DNA of 64,000 bases from Squalus acanthias (GCA_030390025.1 CM059425.1:174966001-175030000); one strand, 5' to 3'; positions 34,709 to 46,724 are shown, counted from the stretch's first letter. The notes: generated by a model from the sequence alone, not told the origin. Translations and numbers: made by a program.

Positions 34709-36929
34709 TTAAGTGTTCTCTGAAGACTCTCGGTGGGTAAGGTCTCCTTTTGAGAGCCCTGCTGGCCCCCCTCCTCCTCCCTCTGCGCGCATCTTCTCCT
34801 GTTCTTCGCTGCTTCCCCGCCCTCTCCTGAAGATACTCGAGCGCAAGTGGGACTGCCGGTAGAGCCCCCATGAGCAAGTGTTGTGAGCAGAACCCTTTAA
34901 ATAAGAATGAAGGTGTTCTCCACTTGCAGCAACACTCCCTGTTGCCTTAGAACCTTGAAAGAAGTTTATAAAGCTGCTGGAGTCGCAGGAAGTTGCACAG
35001 AGCCAGTCAAACTGCAGAAACATGTCAGGCGCAAGTAATTGCTGATATCCCTTTAAATAACGCTGCTTGGAGCCTCCTTCCTGCTCGTCAACACTTGCTC
35101 AGTTGGTCGCACTTGAGGCATGCCGGTAAGTTGAACGGCGAACTCCAAACTTGCAAATTGGCAGTTAAGTGAGCGTTGCTCACTAATTTTAGCGATCGCT
35201 GACATCGGCATTGCTGCCGGCCATCTGAAAATGGTGGCCGCCACGGGACACGCTGGCAGCGGGCGGAAGAGTGGCGGCCGCCATTTTTTCACCTGAATCT
35301 GGTGGTAATGGGTGGCGCTAAACCCCTGAATTTCTAGGCCTTTGATATGTCAAACCAAACAATTAAAATGTTGAGTCACTATACCTAAAACACAGCACAT
35401 AAAGACAGCAAATTCTCAGTGGAAGGGCTAGACGTGACTGTTCTGATGGCCCTGTGTACTTCTTCCTGATGTACACAGTCTTCTAAATGTGTCGAGCTTA
35501 TACCCCATGTGATTGCTCCAGAGAGAAGACAGTTAAGAAACTGACATAAATGTTGGTGCCCATTAAGGGCTTCTTACAGCCAAGTATTCCAATGATTTAA
35601 TTTCAGTTTTCTCATGCCTCACACCAAGTTCGAAAGAAACATGGCAAATCTTTATAGCTCCACAACCCATCAGAAAGAGGATTACAAAATTGATAATTTC
35701 AGACTACAAAATTGAGTTTCTACTTAAAAGAGATACTGGGAAAATGTATTTTAATCAAATAGTAGGTTGATTGCATCTGCAATCGGGAGTCCAATGTTGC
35801 TGATACAATCCCAGCAACACTCTTCTACCTCAGGTCCTAATTTCAGAGGGCCGGCACGCCTGCAGCTGTGTTTAGCCATCCTGCCCCTTCTGTTGGTGCC
35901 TTGCCCTGCCGGGGGTAGGCCTGCACTGAGAGTACTCCTGGGTCATGTGAACAGCCCGGTTTTGGGGGCAGGGGCGGGGAGATAAGAAACCCCATTGCTC
36001 TTAGGCTTGAATTGGAGTAGCACAGTTGAGATCCAGAATTCTTAATCTATGAATGTTCACAGCTCCCATGTTTGTCTCAGAGATTGTGAAAGTTCCATCC
36101 CAGGACTAGATGAGTGCATAAGTAGTCCTCAGGGGCCATATAATAACCTAGGCTTCTGAAAAGAATATAGGATACTCTATCTCCGAGTGACTGAAGCCAG
36201 AGGGGTGGGATTGTTAGAATCCCAGGAAAAAAGATGTTGGTTGGAAATTGCTCAAAAGTGTTCTGGTTCCAGCCAGAAGAAATCTAAACCACTGCTATCA
36301 ACAGGAAATAAATAATAGGAAACTCTTTAAACATACCCTTTGCCAAAAAGCAGGAAACAAACTCCAGTGAAGCCATTGAACTGAATTAGGAATTTACAAA
36401 CATATATACTTCTCTGGAGACCTCAGAGCTGCGGTCTATGTAATAAATCTAGATTGTCTCATTTTCCTGAGCCTCAGAAGAAGAATTGGAGGACCTGGAC
36501 TTCCCACTCTCAGCCACGAGTACAATAACCAGCTTGAGGTCTGGAACTCTAAGCTGGGCAAGACTACATTGTTGTATAAGCACTTTGGAGGGATAATCAT
36601 TGGCCTCAGGAGGGACATCGATGTTTCACTGAAGGTATGTCTGGGTACATTAGTCCAATCTGGCTCTCATCACAAGCATATTCAAGGCAAGGTGTCATCA
36701 CTAAGCAGACAACTAGCCTACAAAAAGTCAGATTATTACCTTGCAATTGATTGATAATTTCCACACTGCAAAATTATCTTAGCTTTCCCCAGTATTAACA
36801 TTCCTCACCTGTTGGACCCAAAATTTACAAAATCTAAACATTTTCAGATTATTTCTGCTCTTTGATAAAATATTTTAAGTAGATTATTACTTGGATGCTT
36901 TGTGAATCACGACAAGCGTTAATTTATCA

Positions 36930-37230
36930 TTTTTTTAAAAATTCATTCATGGGATGTGGGCGTCGCTGGCAAGGCCAGCATTTATTGCCCATCCCTAGTT
37001 GCCCTTGAGAAGGTGGTGGTGAGCTGCCTTCTTGAACCGCTGCAGTCCGTGTGGTGATGGTACTCCCACAGTGCTGCTAAGTAGGGAGTTCCAGGATTTT
37101 GACCCAGCGACGATGAAGGATCGGCGATATACTTCCAAGTCAGGATGGTGTGTGACTTGGAGGGGAACTTGGAGATGGTGGTGTTCCCATGCGCCTGCTG
37201 CGCTTGTCCTTCGAGGTGGTAGAGGTTCCC
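36930..37230 (-). mobile_element. 3' fragment of the APE-RT LINE family seen at 8131-11373
   Basis: Same terminal peptide (RRSFIVAGSKSWNSL...HHHLLKGN) and tail CCCATGAATGAATT. Confidence 0.9.
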
Positions 37231-37735
37231 AGACAATTACATTTATCATTATTCTTAAACTTTGTGCATGAAAAAGGTTTGTGCTCAGCAAATGTTCCCT
37301 TGTAAATTACTCGTTACACCAAATTAATATGCTGCCATCTCATGGCAAATTAAAATATGAGATTAGAACCAATGTGGGTTCTAATAGTTTTGTGAAACTG
37401 AGATTCTAGAAAACTATGATTGCTATAGGGAAAGGAAGACTTTTGCATTGCATTAAAATTGCTTTTGGAAACTCGCATAAAACTCAGCCTACTATCTTTG
37501 CGTTCATCCAGTAGGATTTGCTGATACTAGTTCCTCAGTATTTGCACATATGAAGGGTGCTATCACTAATTTAGACTAATGTAAGTCACTTGATACGTAA
37601 AGTGAGATGGTAATTCAGCAAGTCTTGGTCTACAGTCAATCTGAGACCCAAGTCAACATGTTGACTGCTGGCCTGCTCCTCGAGCCCTTAATTGTACTAT
37701 ATTATCCGTGGAAATTACAATAATTACAAGATATT

Positions 37736-38490
37736 GGCCCAGAAATTTGACTCGGAGGCTTGCCGCGGGGGTAAGGATCGCGCGCGATATCACACACCGC
37801 GCCGGCCGTTGTGTTTTGGGCCCACAGGAACTTCGGGTCCTGGGCCTCTCCCTAGTGCCGGCGCGCAGTGTGTGCGTGTCCCAGGGGCGCAGTTAGTGCG
37901 ATGCGACCTCTGGGATCACGTGGGCCATGGAGAGCCAATGGCAGCAGACCATCTTTCATTCATAGATTTGACAGGAGACCTGTCAAATCTGTGAATTGAA
38001 AGAGACCCCAAAAGAACAGTTAAACCTCAAATAATTTTTTTTTTAAAAACCATCACATTAATAAAATAACTATAGTTAAATAAATTAACCACTTTAAACA
38101 AAAATTTAAATTTTTGAAAAAATTTAAAAAAAAATTTAGTTATAAAAAATAAACTTACCTTTCTTTAAAGTCTCTAAAAAAGATAAACCTGTTGAAAAAA
38201 ATTAAAAAATTATACTTAATTAACTACTTACCTTGTTCAAAAGGAGTCTTACGCCTCCTTTTTTCTTGTGTAAAATCTTCCATACTTACCCTCGCGTTGA
38301 AACCTGAAAAAAAACCTAAGTGTGCTGTGTGCGCACAGCCTCTAGTGCGCACACGGTTCACCTAGGAACCGCCCCCTTCGCCATACCGGAAGTGCCGGTT
38401 TCCAGTGCATGCAGGAAACCGGCACTTCGGGACCGAATACAGGTGAGTACGCAGCGGGTACTCTCCCGTATTCGACCGAATTTTTGGGCC
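37736..38490. mobile_element. Harbinger-like MITE
   Basis: TIR GGCCCAGAAATT / AATTTTTGGGCC, flanks ATT / AAT; CpG-rich arms, AT-rich core, internal hairpin AGATTTGACAGG-AGA-CCTGTCAAATCT at about 37963-37990. Confidence 0.75.
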
Positions 38491-38990
38491 AATAACTGTA
38501 ATAGCATTAGTGTTGGTAGGGAAGAGCACGTGATTCTCAGTTGCCGTCAAGTTCCTTTGTATTTGTCTTCTGAAACAGTGCTGATTAACAGCCCATTTGA
38601 AAGGTGTCCTCGATTTGGGATTTTTTGCTACCTCCGATCAGTGGAGAATTAAACACAGGAAGAGTTCAGATACAATTTGTTGAAGAATGGAAACAACTAT
38701 TGTAAATGCCAGCAAGAGGTAATTCACTGTCAGTGCTATGGGTCTGTCACATAATGTTAGTTGAGCCGCACTGACTTAATGAGTTATGTAACATTACCAT
38801 CACCTCTGGGCTCAATGCCTTTGGAATGTTGTAGCCACTCACCATTTTTAATATTTAATAAAATGGCTTGGCAGGTGCTAAGAAGATTAGTGCAAAGAGT
38901 TGAATTTCCTAGAGATAATTATATCTCCCCAAATCACTGAGCTGTACAAAAGAAACTCCTCCCCACCCCATCCTGGTCAGTATATAAGCA

Positions 38991-39841
38991 TGATGTGGAG
39001 ATGCCGGCGTTGGACTGGGGTGGACAAAAATGAGAAGTCGCACAACACCAGGTTATAGTCCAACAGATTTATTTAATTTTACAAGCTTTCGGAGCTTTTC
39101 GCTCCTTCCTCAGGTAGGTTAGCAGTGAGAGAATCTCCCAGAATTCACAATTTAAACACAGACAAAATCTATTCAAATCTTTCCCTACATCAAAGACACG
39201 CACTAAGACACAGCCAAGACAATGAGATGTGTCCCAGGGGGTCCAACGTGTCAAACCACCTGCTGGCTGCATATCCTGTCAATTTGTGTTGGTTCTTGTG
39301 TTAGTCTTTTTAAAAAAAAAAAAACACCTGGGAAGACCGGCCATGATGTCAAGTCACGTTCTGTATCGTGACATGAACCCGATATCGCGATTGAGGCCAT
39401 CCTCATGAGTGCGGAACTTGGCTATCAGTTTCTGCTCTATGATTTTGCGCTGTCGTGTATCCCGAAGGCCGCCTTGGAGGACGCTTACCCGCAGATCCGA
39501 GGCTGAATGCCCCTGGCTGCTGAAGTGTTCCCCGACTGGGAGGCAACCCTCCTGCCTGGCGATTGTTGCGCGGTGTCCGTTCATACGTTGTCTCAGTGTC
39601 TGCATGGTCTCGCCGATGTACTATGCTCTGGAGCATCCTTTACTGCAACGTATCAGGTAGACAACGTTGGCCGAGTCACATGAGTATGTACCGTGTACCT
39701 GGTGGGTAGTGTCCTCACGTGTGATGATGGTATCTGTGTCCATGATTTGGCATGTCTTGCAGAGGTTGCCGTGGCAGGGTTGTGTGGTGTCGTGGTTGCT
39801 GTTCTCCTGAAAGATGGGTAATCTGCTGCGAACGATGGTAC
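38991..39841 (-). mobile_element. Penelope-like element, second family, 5'-truncated (GIY-YIG end plus pLTR)
   Basis: PCHGNLCKTC...YSCDSANVVYLIRC...MQTLRQRMNGH...PVGEHF...GLNRD; flanked by TATAAGCA (38983-38990, 39842-39849); hammerhead-like motif at about 39078-39118. Confidence 0.85.
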
Positions 39842-39879
39842 TATAAGCAGACATAGACAGATGGAGCAAACACAATAAA

Positions 39880-40460
39880 AATGATTGGACTCCCCCATTT
39901 CTTCCACCTGCTATAGTCAGTGTCTCAGCCCAGTAATTCCAAGACTGGCCAGCTACATTTCCAAATTCCCATGGACAGATCAGAAACTGCAAATATGTCT
40001 CAAACACCTTCAGCTCCCCAAACAGGAAAGGGGGCGTGGCCTTCCAAATATCAGGCACTATCATTGGACAGCCCAACTTTAGTAAATCATGCAGTGGAAT
40101 CTGCTGCATCCCCACATCCCTAGCTTGAGCATGAAGATCAGGGTCTCTCAGCCAACCACATTACACAGCCTGCCCTTCATATATGCACAGAAAAGACCAA
40201 CAGGAGTCCAGAAATAATACCAATACTATCAACCTGGAAAGAGGTCAGCGACTGCTTGAAATTCCCCCAGGGTCTGTCGACCCTTTCCCCATTATGGCAC
40301 AATGGAGAACTCACAGATAGATTTACCATCGATGTATTTCAAACCTGGGACAGGGGAGGTATCACCAGGCTTGGCCAATGCCTTGATAGAGCCCAGAATA
40401 TGCCCATCCATATTCAATTGGCAGATAAATACCACTTTACTCAATGTGACCTGCTAGCAC
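39880..40460 (+). mobile_element. Old L1-clade ORF2 fragment
   Basis: ISKFPWTDQKLQICLKHLQLPKQERGRGLPNIRHYHWTAQL resembles the FIW...LQLPK.GGLGLPN...YYWAA block C-terminal to L1 RT. Confidence 0.6.
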
Positions 40461-40894
40461 CAAATCGAGCACATCCTCCAGGATTCAGCCATTTTCAAAA
40501 ACTTCAATGTCAGCCAAACCCTCCCTCCTTCCCTCCCTTCCGCTCGCACCCTCAAACCCCCTCCCCCCATCTGCTGAAATTGTACCTCCACTCCACAGCA
40601 GACTCCTGCAACATACTTCTGCCTTCTGCACCAAGTTTACTAACTTCAAAAAACAACACAGAGGCCTAGAAATCGGATAAAGCCCGAAAACGGGCAGTGC
40701 CACCATGGGGCAAGGTTTGCTCACGCCTGTAAAAAGAGCGCAGGCAGCACCATTATTTTGGTGCTGCCTGCTGATTTGAATGATTGCAGCACACAGCCTA
40801 GCGACGAACGCGCTGCTTCAGGCTTTGCACTCAGCAGGAGGCCCAATGTAACGTGGCCGTAGTGCCCCTGCAGCGAGGCAGCATTTACTTAAAG

Positions 40895-42766
40895 ACTGTC
40901 ACTGACCTCATCTCCTCTGGAGATCTTCCCTCCATGGCCGCCAACCTCATAGTCCCCCAACCCCGCACAGCCCGCTTCTACCTCCTTCCCAAGATCCACA
41001 AACAGGACTGCCCTGGTAGACCCATCGTTTCAGCCTGTTCTTGCCCCACGGAACTTATCTCTTCCTATCGCGACTCTATTTTTTCTCCCCTTGTCCAGTC
41101 CCACTTACATTTGCAACTCTTCCGACGCCCTCCACCACTTTAACGGTTTCCAGTTTCCTGGCCCCAACCGTCTCCTTTTCACTATGGGCGTCCAATCCCT
41201 GTACACCTCCATCCCCCACCAGGACGGCCTGAGGGCGTTCCGTTTCTTCCTTGAACAGAGGCCCATCCAGTCCCCATCCACCACCACCCTCCTCCGCCTG
41301 GCTGAACTTGTTCTCACATTGAACAACTTCTCCTTTGACTCCACCCATTTCCTCCAAATCAAAGGTGTTGCTATGGGAACCCGCATGGGCCCTAGCTATG
41401 CCTGCCTTTTCATGGGATATGTGGAACATTCTTTGTTCTGGTCCTACTCAGGTCCCCTCCCTCACCTCTTTTTCTGGTACATCGATGACTGTATCGGTGC
41501 CGTCTCCTGCTCTCGCCCTGAACTAGAAAAGTTCATTCAGTTTACTTCCAATTTCCACCCTTCCTTCACCTTCACATGGTCCATCTCCAACTCTTCTCTT
41601 CCCTTCCTTGACTTCTCTGTCTCCATTTCTGGCGATAGGCTATCGACAAACATCCACTACAAGCCCACAGCTACCTGGACTGCACTTCCTCCCACCCCGC
41701 TTCCTGTAAGGACTCTATTCCATTCTCCTAGTTTCTCCATGCTACCTTCCATACCAGTGCTTCCGATATGTCTTCCTTTTTCCTCAACCGAGGATTCCCC
41801 TCTATTGTGGTTGACATGGCCCTTGACCGTGTCCATTCCATTTCCCGCACTTCTGCCCTCACCCCGGCCCCTCCCTCCCAGAACCACGATAGGGTTCCCC
41901 TTGTCCTCACCTTTCACCCCACCAGCCTCCACATTCAACAGATCATCCTCCACCATTTTCGCCACCTCCAACGTGATCCCACCACCAAACGCATCTTCCC
42001 CTCACCTCCCCTTTCAGCATTCCGAAGGGACCGCTCCTTCTGCGACACCCTGGTCCATTCCTCTATCAACCTCAACACCCCTTACCCTTCGCCCGGCACC
42101 TTCACATGCAAGCGCAGGAGATGCAACACCTGCCCTTTTACCTCCTCCCTTCCCACTGTCCAGGGCCCCAAACACCCCTTCCAGGTGAAACAGCGATTTA
42201 CTTGTACTTCTTGCAATTTAGTATACTGTATTCGCTGCTCACGATACGGTCTCCTCTACACTGGGGAGACCAAACGCAGATTGGGCGACCGCTTTGCGGA
42301 ACACCTCCGTTCAGTCCGTAAGGGTGACCCCGAGCTTCCGGTCGCCTGTCACTTTAATTCTCCGCTCCACTCCCACTCTGATCTCTGTCCTCGGCCTCTT
42401 ACATTGTTCCAATGAAGCTCAACGTAAGCTCGAAGAACAGCACCTCATCTTTCGATTAGGCACTTTACAGCCTAACCCCTGCCCCCATTTTTCAGGCTGT
42501 ATGATTTTGCCATCCCCATTTGCAACATTTTATCTTTCCTGCCTCCTACCTTAGCACAGAATGTTCTCCCCTTCCACCCACCCCCCCTCCCACTGCTTCG
42601 CTCTGCCCCCCCCCCCCCCCCCCTGTCTCTGCACCTGCTTAAAATCGGTTACATCTCCAGCTTTTTCCAGTTCTGATGAAGGGTCCCAGACCTGAAATGT
42701 TAACTCTGTTTCTCTCTCCACGGATGCTGCCTGGCCTGCTGAATGTTTCCAGCATTTTCTGTTGTT
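40895..42766 (+). mobile_element. Penelope-like retroelement, 5'-truncated (RT + GIY-YIG + hammerhead-bearing 3' end)
   Basis: [80 protein letters not shown]; direct repeat ATTTACTTAAAG at 40883-40894 and 42767-42778. Confidence 0.93.
42669..42705 (+). ncRNA. Hammerhead ribozyme motif, stem III palindrome mutated
   Basis: AGTT-CTGATGA-AGGGTC-CCA-GACCT-GAAATGTT-AACT. Confidence 0.6.
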
Positions 42767-43799
42767 ATTTACTTAAAGCTAGGTTGTAATTTTAGAAATC
42801 AGTTTAATTTTTAAAAAATCATTAAAAAAGAGGCAGTCTTTAGCCCTTAGAGTTCAACTGCCTTCTGAAAAAAAGAAAAACATTAAAAATAATTCCAAAA
42901 TGGCAGTCTTCAGCTCTTAAAGCTGAACTGCTTTCTGCATGTAAAAAAATGGTAAGAGTGTTTCAGCACTAACACAAATGGCTCAACAAGCCAGGGAAGG
43001 GGCACCCAGGGTCTCGCACGCAGTGGTCCAGCTTTGTGCAGGCGGTCAACACTGCAAGAAAGGTCCTTTACCCACAGGGGCCAGGAGGCCCTCCAGAAAG
43101 CAGGATGTGGGACCAGATCACCAAGGCTAGCATTGACCCCAGGACCTGGCTCCAGTGCCCAAAGAAGTTTCATGACCTCAGACCAATAGTCAAGGTCAGT
43201 GAATGATTCTTCAAAAGCTGTCTCCTACCAACTGCACACTAGCCTCACTCGCTGCTCAATGCACGATTCTACCCCCCACCCCCCCCCCCATTACTCACCC
43301 ACCAACAATCTCCACCAAACACGAGGCACACCTCCCATTCCTAGCTTCACCTCACCCCCTTGGAGGAGACGGTGCTGGCCATTCTTGGCAGAGGCCTGGC
43401 TGAAAGAATACAAGGTGCTGGTATCCTCATACATTAACCTCCTTCTCACATCCCACTTCCCCCTCATCCCACAATCTCTTCTGATGTACAAGCTGCGCAT
43501 GGTGTAAACATGCACCTCTTGCTTTCCCGCCCGCCCTCCATCCTTGTGCCTTCCTCATTTCACACACCCAAGAAATCCAGCCTGTCCAGCCAGAGGTTGA
43601 CCAAGAAGAGGAGAGTGAAGAAGAAGAAACCGTCACTCGATTTGACACTCCCAGCCACCACCTCCTCGAGGTTTTCAGCTTCTTCCACTTCTTCTGTTGC
43701 CTCTTCCTCTTCCCTCTGCAATATGTTTGTCCCCTTTGCTGCTTTTGCTTCATCTCCATGTGCCCCCTAGGACTGTGAGCAAGTGGTCTTCTCGGAGGC

Positions 43800-43947
43800 A
43801 AAATACTGTGAATGCTGGGAATCCGAAATAAAAACAGAAAATACTCAAAATAGTCAGCAGGTCAGGCAGCATCTCGACCTGAAACGTTAACTCTGTTTCT
43901 CTATCCACGGATGCTGCCTGACTTGCCGAGTATTTCCAACATTTTCT
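43800..43947. mobile_element. Penelope pLTR fragment in inverted (fold-back) arrangement
   Basis: Minus-oriented tail (43800-43873) fused to plus-oriented tail (43874-43947); 14-bp TSD GTCTTCTC(G/A)GAGGC at 43786-43799 and 43948-43961. Confidence 0.85.
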
Positions 43948-45139
43948 GTCTTCTCAGAGGCCTTCCTTTACCATCCAAAGCCTTGCAAGCGTCCAGCAGC
44001 ATTCCCGACACTTGCTGCACACTTTAACAACTTGTATTACACCAAGCCACTGCTTCAATAAAATATTTTTTTTAAGTCCAAAAGCTGAAATACAAACTTA
44101 CCTGAAAGATGTGTGTGTCCCTTTAAGAAGTGCTGACAGTGTCTCTGCAGAGCTGCTACACGCAGGTTCTTCCACGTGTAGTTTGGAGAGGGCTTTATGG
44201 CTTGCAGGCGATGCCCAAAATAGCAGTCGTGGCATCAAATCAGGTGTTGCACACCGATTGACGTCACGATCTGCTTATTTGAATTTGAGGGGCCAACGCT
44301 GGCAACCAAAATGGCGGCCGCCGTGTCCTGCGCCAGAAGCGGGTGGAAGCCAGGTGGTTGCCATTTTTTGAAAAAATACATCGCAAACACACGTCGCTAT
44401 GATAGGGAACGTCTAGGTAAGCATGTTTAAAAAGGGACTGGGATCTGGGGTGCCAGATAACATAGGAGGAATGGAGAGGGGTCTGAAAGCAGATCCTGCA
44501 ACAGAATATGCAAGGGCCAGCTCAAGATAAGATGCTGAGCATATTTTAATCCATCCCTGTCTGGGGATGACTGCTGGATGGACTGGGACCAGAAGTGCAC
44601 ACTACTATTCACATTTTGGTTGTATCCCCGCATTCAACCATTCCAGTGAGCCATGGAGAACATGGCAGGTTTCAGCATCCTTGCAGCACAGGCCTATGTC
44701 TATTGGGCCTGTCGCTGGAAAGGAGCCCATGCATTGTGCAAACTAGTGCAACTGTCACTGTTACCTACAAGGAGATGCATTCACCCACTGTGGATAAACA
44801 CAAACCTTCCCACAATAAACATGTAGATGACATATACTGTGCCAATCAGAGCAGGCCGTGTGGACTCTACCTGGAACTCAAAGGGTAGCAGCAATCCAGA
44901 AAGGAAATCTTTGTTATTGTCAGCCTTGGCTCCATGGTAGCACTCATGCCCCTGAGTCAGCAGGTCATGGGTTCAAGCCCCAATCCAGAAATTTGAGCAC
45001 ATAATCTTGGCTGACACCAATGCAGTACTGAGGAAGCTGTCTTACTGAAAAACAAATTTAGATTGCAGAATGTGATCATAAAACACTATATATACAGTTC
45101 TGAAATCCACTGTAATAAACATCCAGTTGCAAGAAAGCC

Positions 45140-45506
45140 CTACAGGACCAAAGTGCTTTACACTTTGAAGTGTAGTCACTAATGGAGGAAACACAGCAGC
45201 CAATTTGCACACAGCAAGCTCCCACAAACAATCTGTTTTTGTTATGTTGGTTGAGGGATAAATATTGGCCAGGACACCAGGGATAATTCCCCTGCTCTTC
45301 TTTGAAATAGATCTTTTATGTCTACTTGAGAGTAGCAGACAGGGCCTCGGTTTCATCTGACAGACGGCACCTATGACAGTGCAGCACTCCCTCAGTACTG
45401 CAGTGGAGTATCAGCCTAGATTTTGTCCTCAAGTCTCTGGAGTGGGAATTGAACCCACAACCTTCTGACTCAGAGGCGAGCGTGCTACCCACTGAGCCAC
45501 ACCTGA
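45140..45506 (-). mobile_element. tRNA-derived Deu-SINE-like element (SacSINE1-like)
   Basis: Minus strand head GTCAGGTGTGGCTCAGTGGGTAGCAC...GGGTTCAATTCCCACTCCAGAGAC; body CCTGGTGTCCTGGCCAATATTTATCCCTCAACCAAC, TGGGAGCTTGCTGTGTGCAAATTGGCTGC; related pieces at 8030-8130, 12840-12975, 17585-17730, 44920-45035, 63670-63895. Confidence 0.8.
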
Positions 45507-45517
45507 CACGAAGTATA

Positions 45518-46331
45518 TGATAGCAAAATACTGCGGATGCTTGAAATCCGAAATAACAACAGAAAACACTGGAAAAACTCAGCAGGCCAGGCAACATCCG
45601 TGGAGAGAGAAACAGAGTTAACGTTTCAGGTCGAAACCCTTCGTCAGAACTGAGAGAAGAGCAAGAAATTAAACAGATAAAAATGCAAGAGGGAGGCTGG
45701 GGGAGGAATAAAAGAACAAAAGGGTTGGTCTATGGTAAGTAGAGACATTAAGAGATGCTCAAGGCAGGACGAGATGGTAATGGGACAGGTTAAGAAACAA
45801 AAGCTGAGGTGTGAAATGCTGGCAGAATGAGACAGCTGCCGTAGGGGGAGAGAGAGAAAAAAAAAGGAAAAAGGCACGGACCAAAAGGGGTGGATAAAAT
45901 GTATATATATGTGGGAGGGGCCGGGGTTATGATCTGAAATTGTTGAACTCGATATTGAGTCCGGAAGGCTGTAAAGTGCCTAAACGAAAGATGAGGTGCT
46001 GTTCCTCGAGCTTACGCTGAGCTTCCGTGGAACAATGCACGAGGCCGAGGACGGTGAGGTCTGAGTGGGCGTGGAGGGGTGAATTAAAATGACAAGCGAC
46101 CGGAAGTTCGGGGTCACCCTTACGGACTGAACGGAGGTGTTCCGCAAAGCGGTCACCCAATCTGCATTTGGTCTCCCCAATGTAGAGGAGACCACATCGT
46201 GAGCAGCGAATACAGTATACTAGATTGCAAGAAGTACAAGTAAATCGCTGTTTCACCTGGAAGGGGTGTTTGGAGCCCTGGAGAGTGGGAAGGGGGAGGT
46301 ATAAGGGCATGTGTTGCATCTCCTGCGCTTG
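45518..46331 (-). mobile_element. Penelope-like element, 5'-truncated (GIY-YIG plus 3' end), same family as 40895-42766
   Basis: FTCTSCNLVYCIRCSRCGLLYIGETKCRLGDRFAEH...GLNIEF; TSD CTG(A/G)CACGAAGTATA at 45503-45517 and 46332-46346. Confidence 0.92.
45616..45651 (-). ncRNA. Minimal hammerhead ribozyme motif
   Basis: Minus strand AGTT-CTGACGA-AGGGTTTC-GACCT-GAAACGTT-AACT. Confidence 0.65.
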
Positions 46332-46459
46332 CTGGCACGAAGTATACCTTGGCTTTGTTTGGAGCCATTTTTAAGTTTGATGCTTTTTTTGGTTATCAGG
46401 TTTTTGAAGCTGGGTGACAACTTTTCTGCGTTTTTAAGGTTGTATCCTTTCTTCTCCTC

Positions 46460-46660
46460 CTTATTAAAGGTGACGTTTCATGGGTGAATCTGATCTTCAA
46501 GGACAGATCACTGCCTGGAGAATAGCGGAAGTTGTGGTGTTTTGGAGATTGACAGCTCCACTATCCAATAACATCTGGAGGCTGGCGAGCTCTGACCAAT
46601 CAGCGCAGTGTAGAAGTCGAACTTCTGGTTTCAGGCCGGCTGACTCAGCGGAGAAGCAAG
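46460..46660 (+). promoter_or_regulatory. SRP19: SRP19 TATA-less promoter / 5'UTR at a CpG-rich island
   Basis: Directly upstream of the ATG; ETS-type CGGAAGT 46526-46532, CCAAT 46565-46569 and 46596-46600, TGACTCAGC 46641-46649; CpG-rich to about 47540. Confidence 0.6.
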
Positions 46661-46698
46661 ATGGTGTACATGGACAAAACTCATGCCGATAAAGAGAG
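46661..46698 (+). CDS. SRP19: SRP19 exon 1 (coding part)
   Basis: AAGATGG start context; MVYMDKTHADKE(R); AG/gtaaga donor; phase 2 fits exon 2. Confidence 0.85.
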
Positions 46699-46724
46699 GT
46701 AAGAGGCGGCAGCGGTTTTTTTTG

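Larger units (their letters stand above)
29329..35340 (-). mobile_element. Internally deleted PIF/Harbinger DNA transposon, split by a CR1 insertion
   Basis: Transposase N-terminal pieces RRPYPPRVFREHL (about 34710-34750), SDEQCIRRLGFTKEVLTELCH and TALPVAVKVTVAFNCFASGSFQSAAGDIANISQFAVHRCIREVTEAL (29800-30056), HARBI1-like; imperfect termini GGGGGGAAAATTC / GAATTTCTAGGCC; DDE core absent. Confidence 0.8.
40663..44418 (+). mobile_element. Decayed Harbinger element with Myb/SANT-like gene remnant, host to two Penelope insertions
   Basis: Left end GGCCTAGAAAT matches the terminus at 35330-35340; 42978-43194 reads MAQQAREGAPRVS...(frameshift)VQAVNTARKVLYP...WDQI...PRTWLQCPKKFHDL then a GT donor, typical of Harbinger Myb-like proteins; right end is approximate. 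Confidence 0.65.

Noticed and set aside
35990..36800. Additional L1 ORF2 remnant or host exon
   Set aside because: Only faint L1-like wording, no sustained frame or clear splice pair; too degraded to call.
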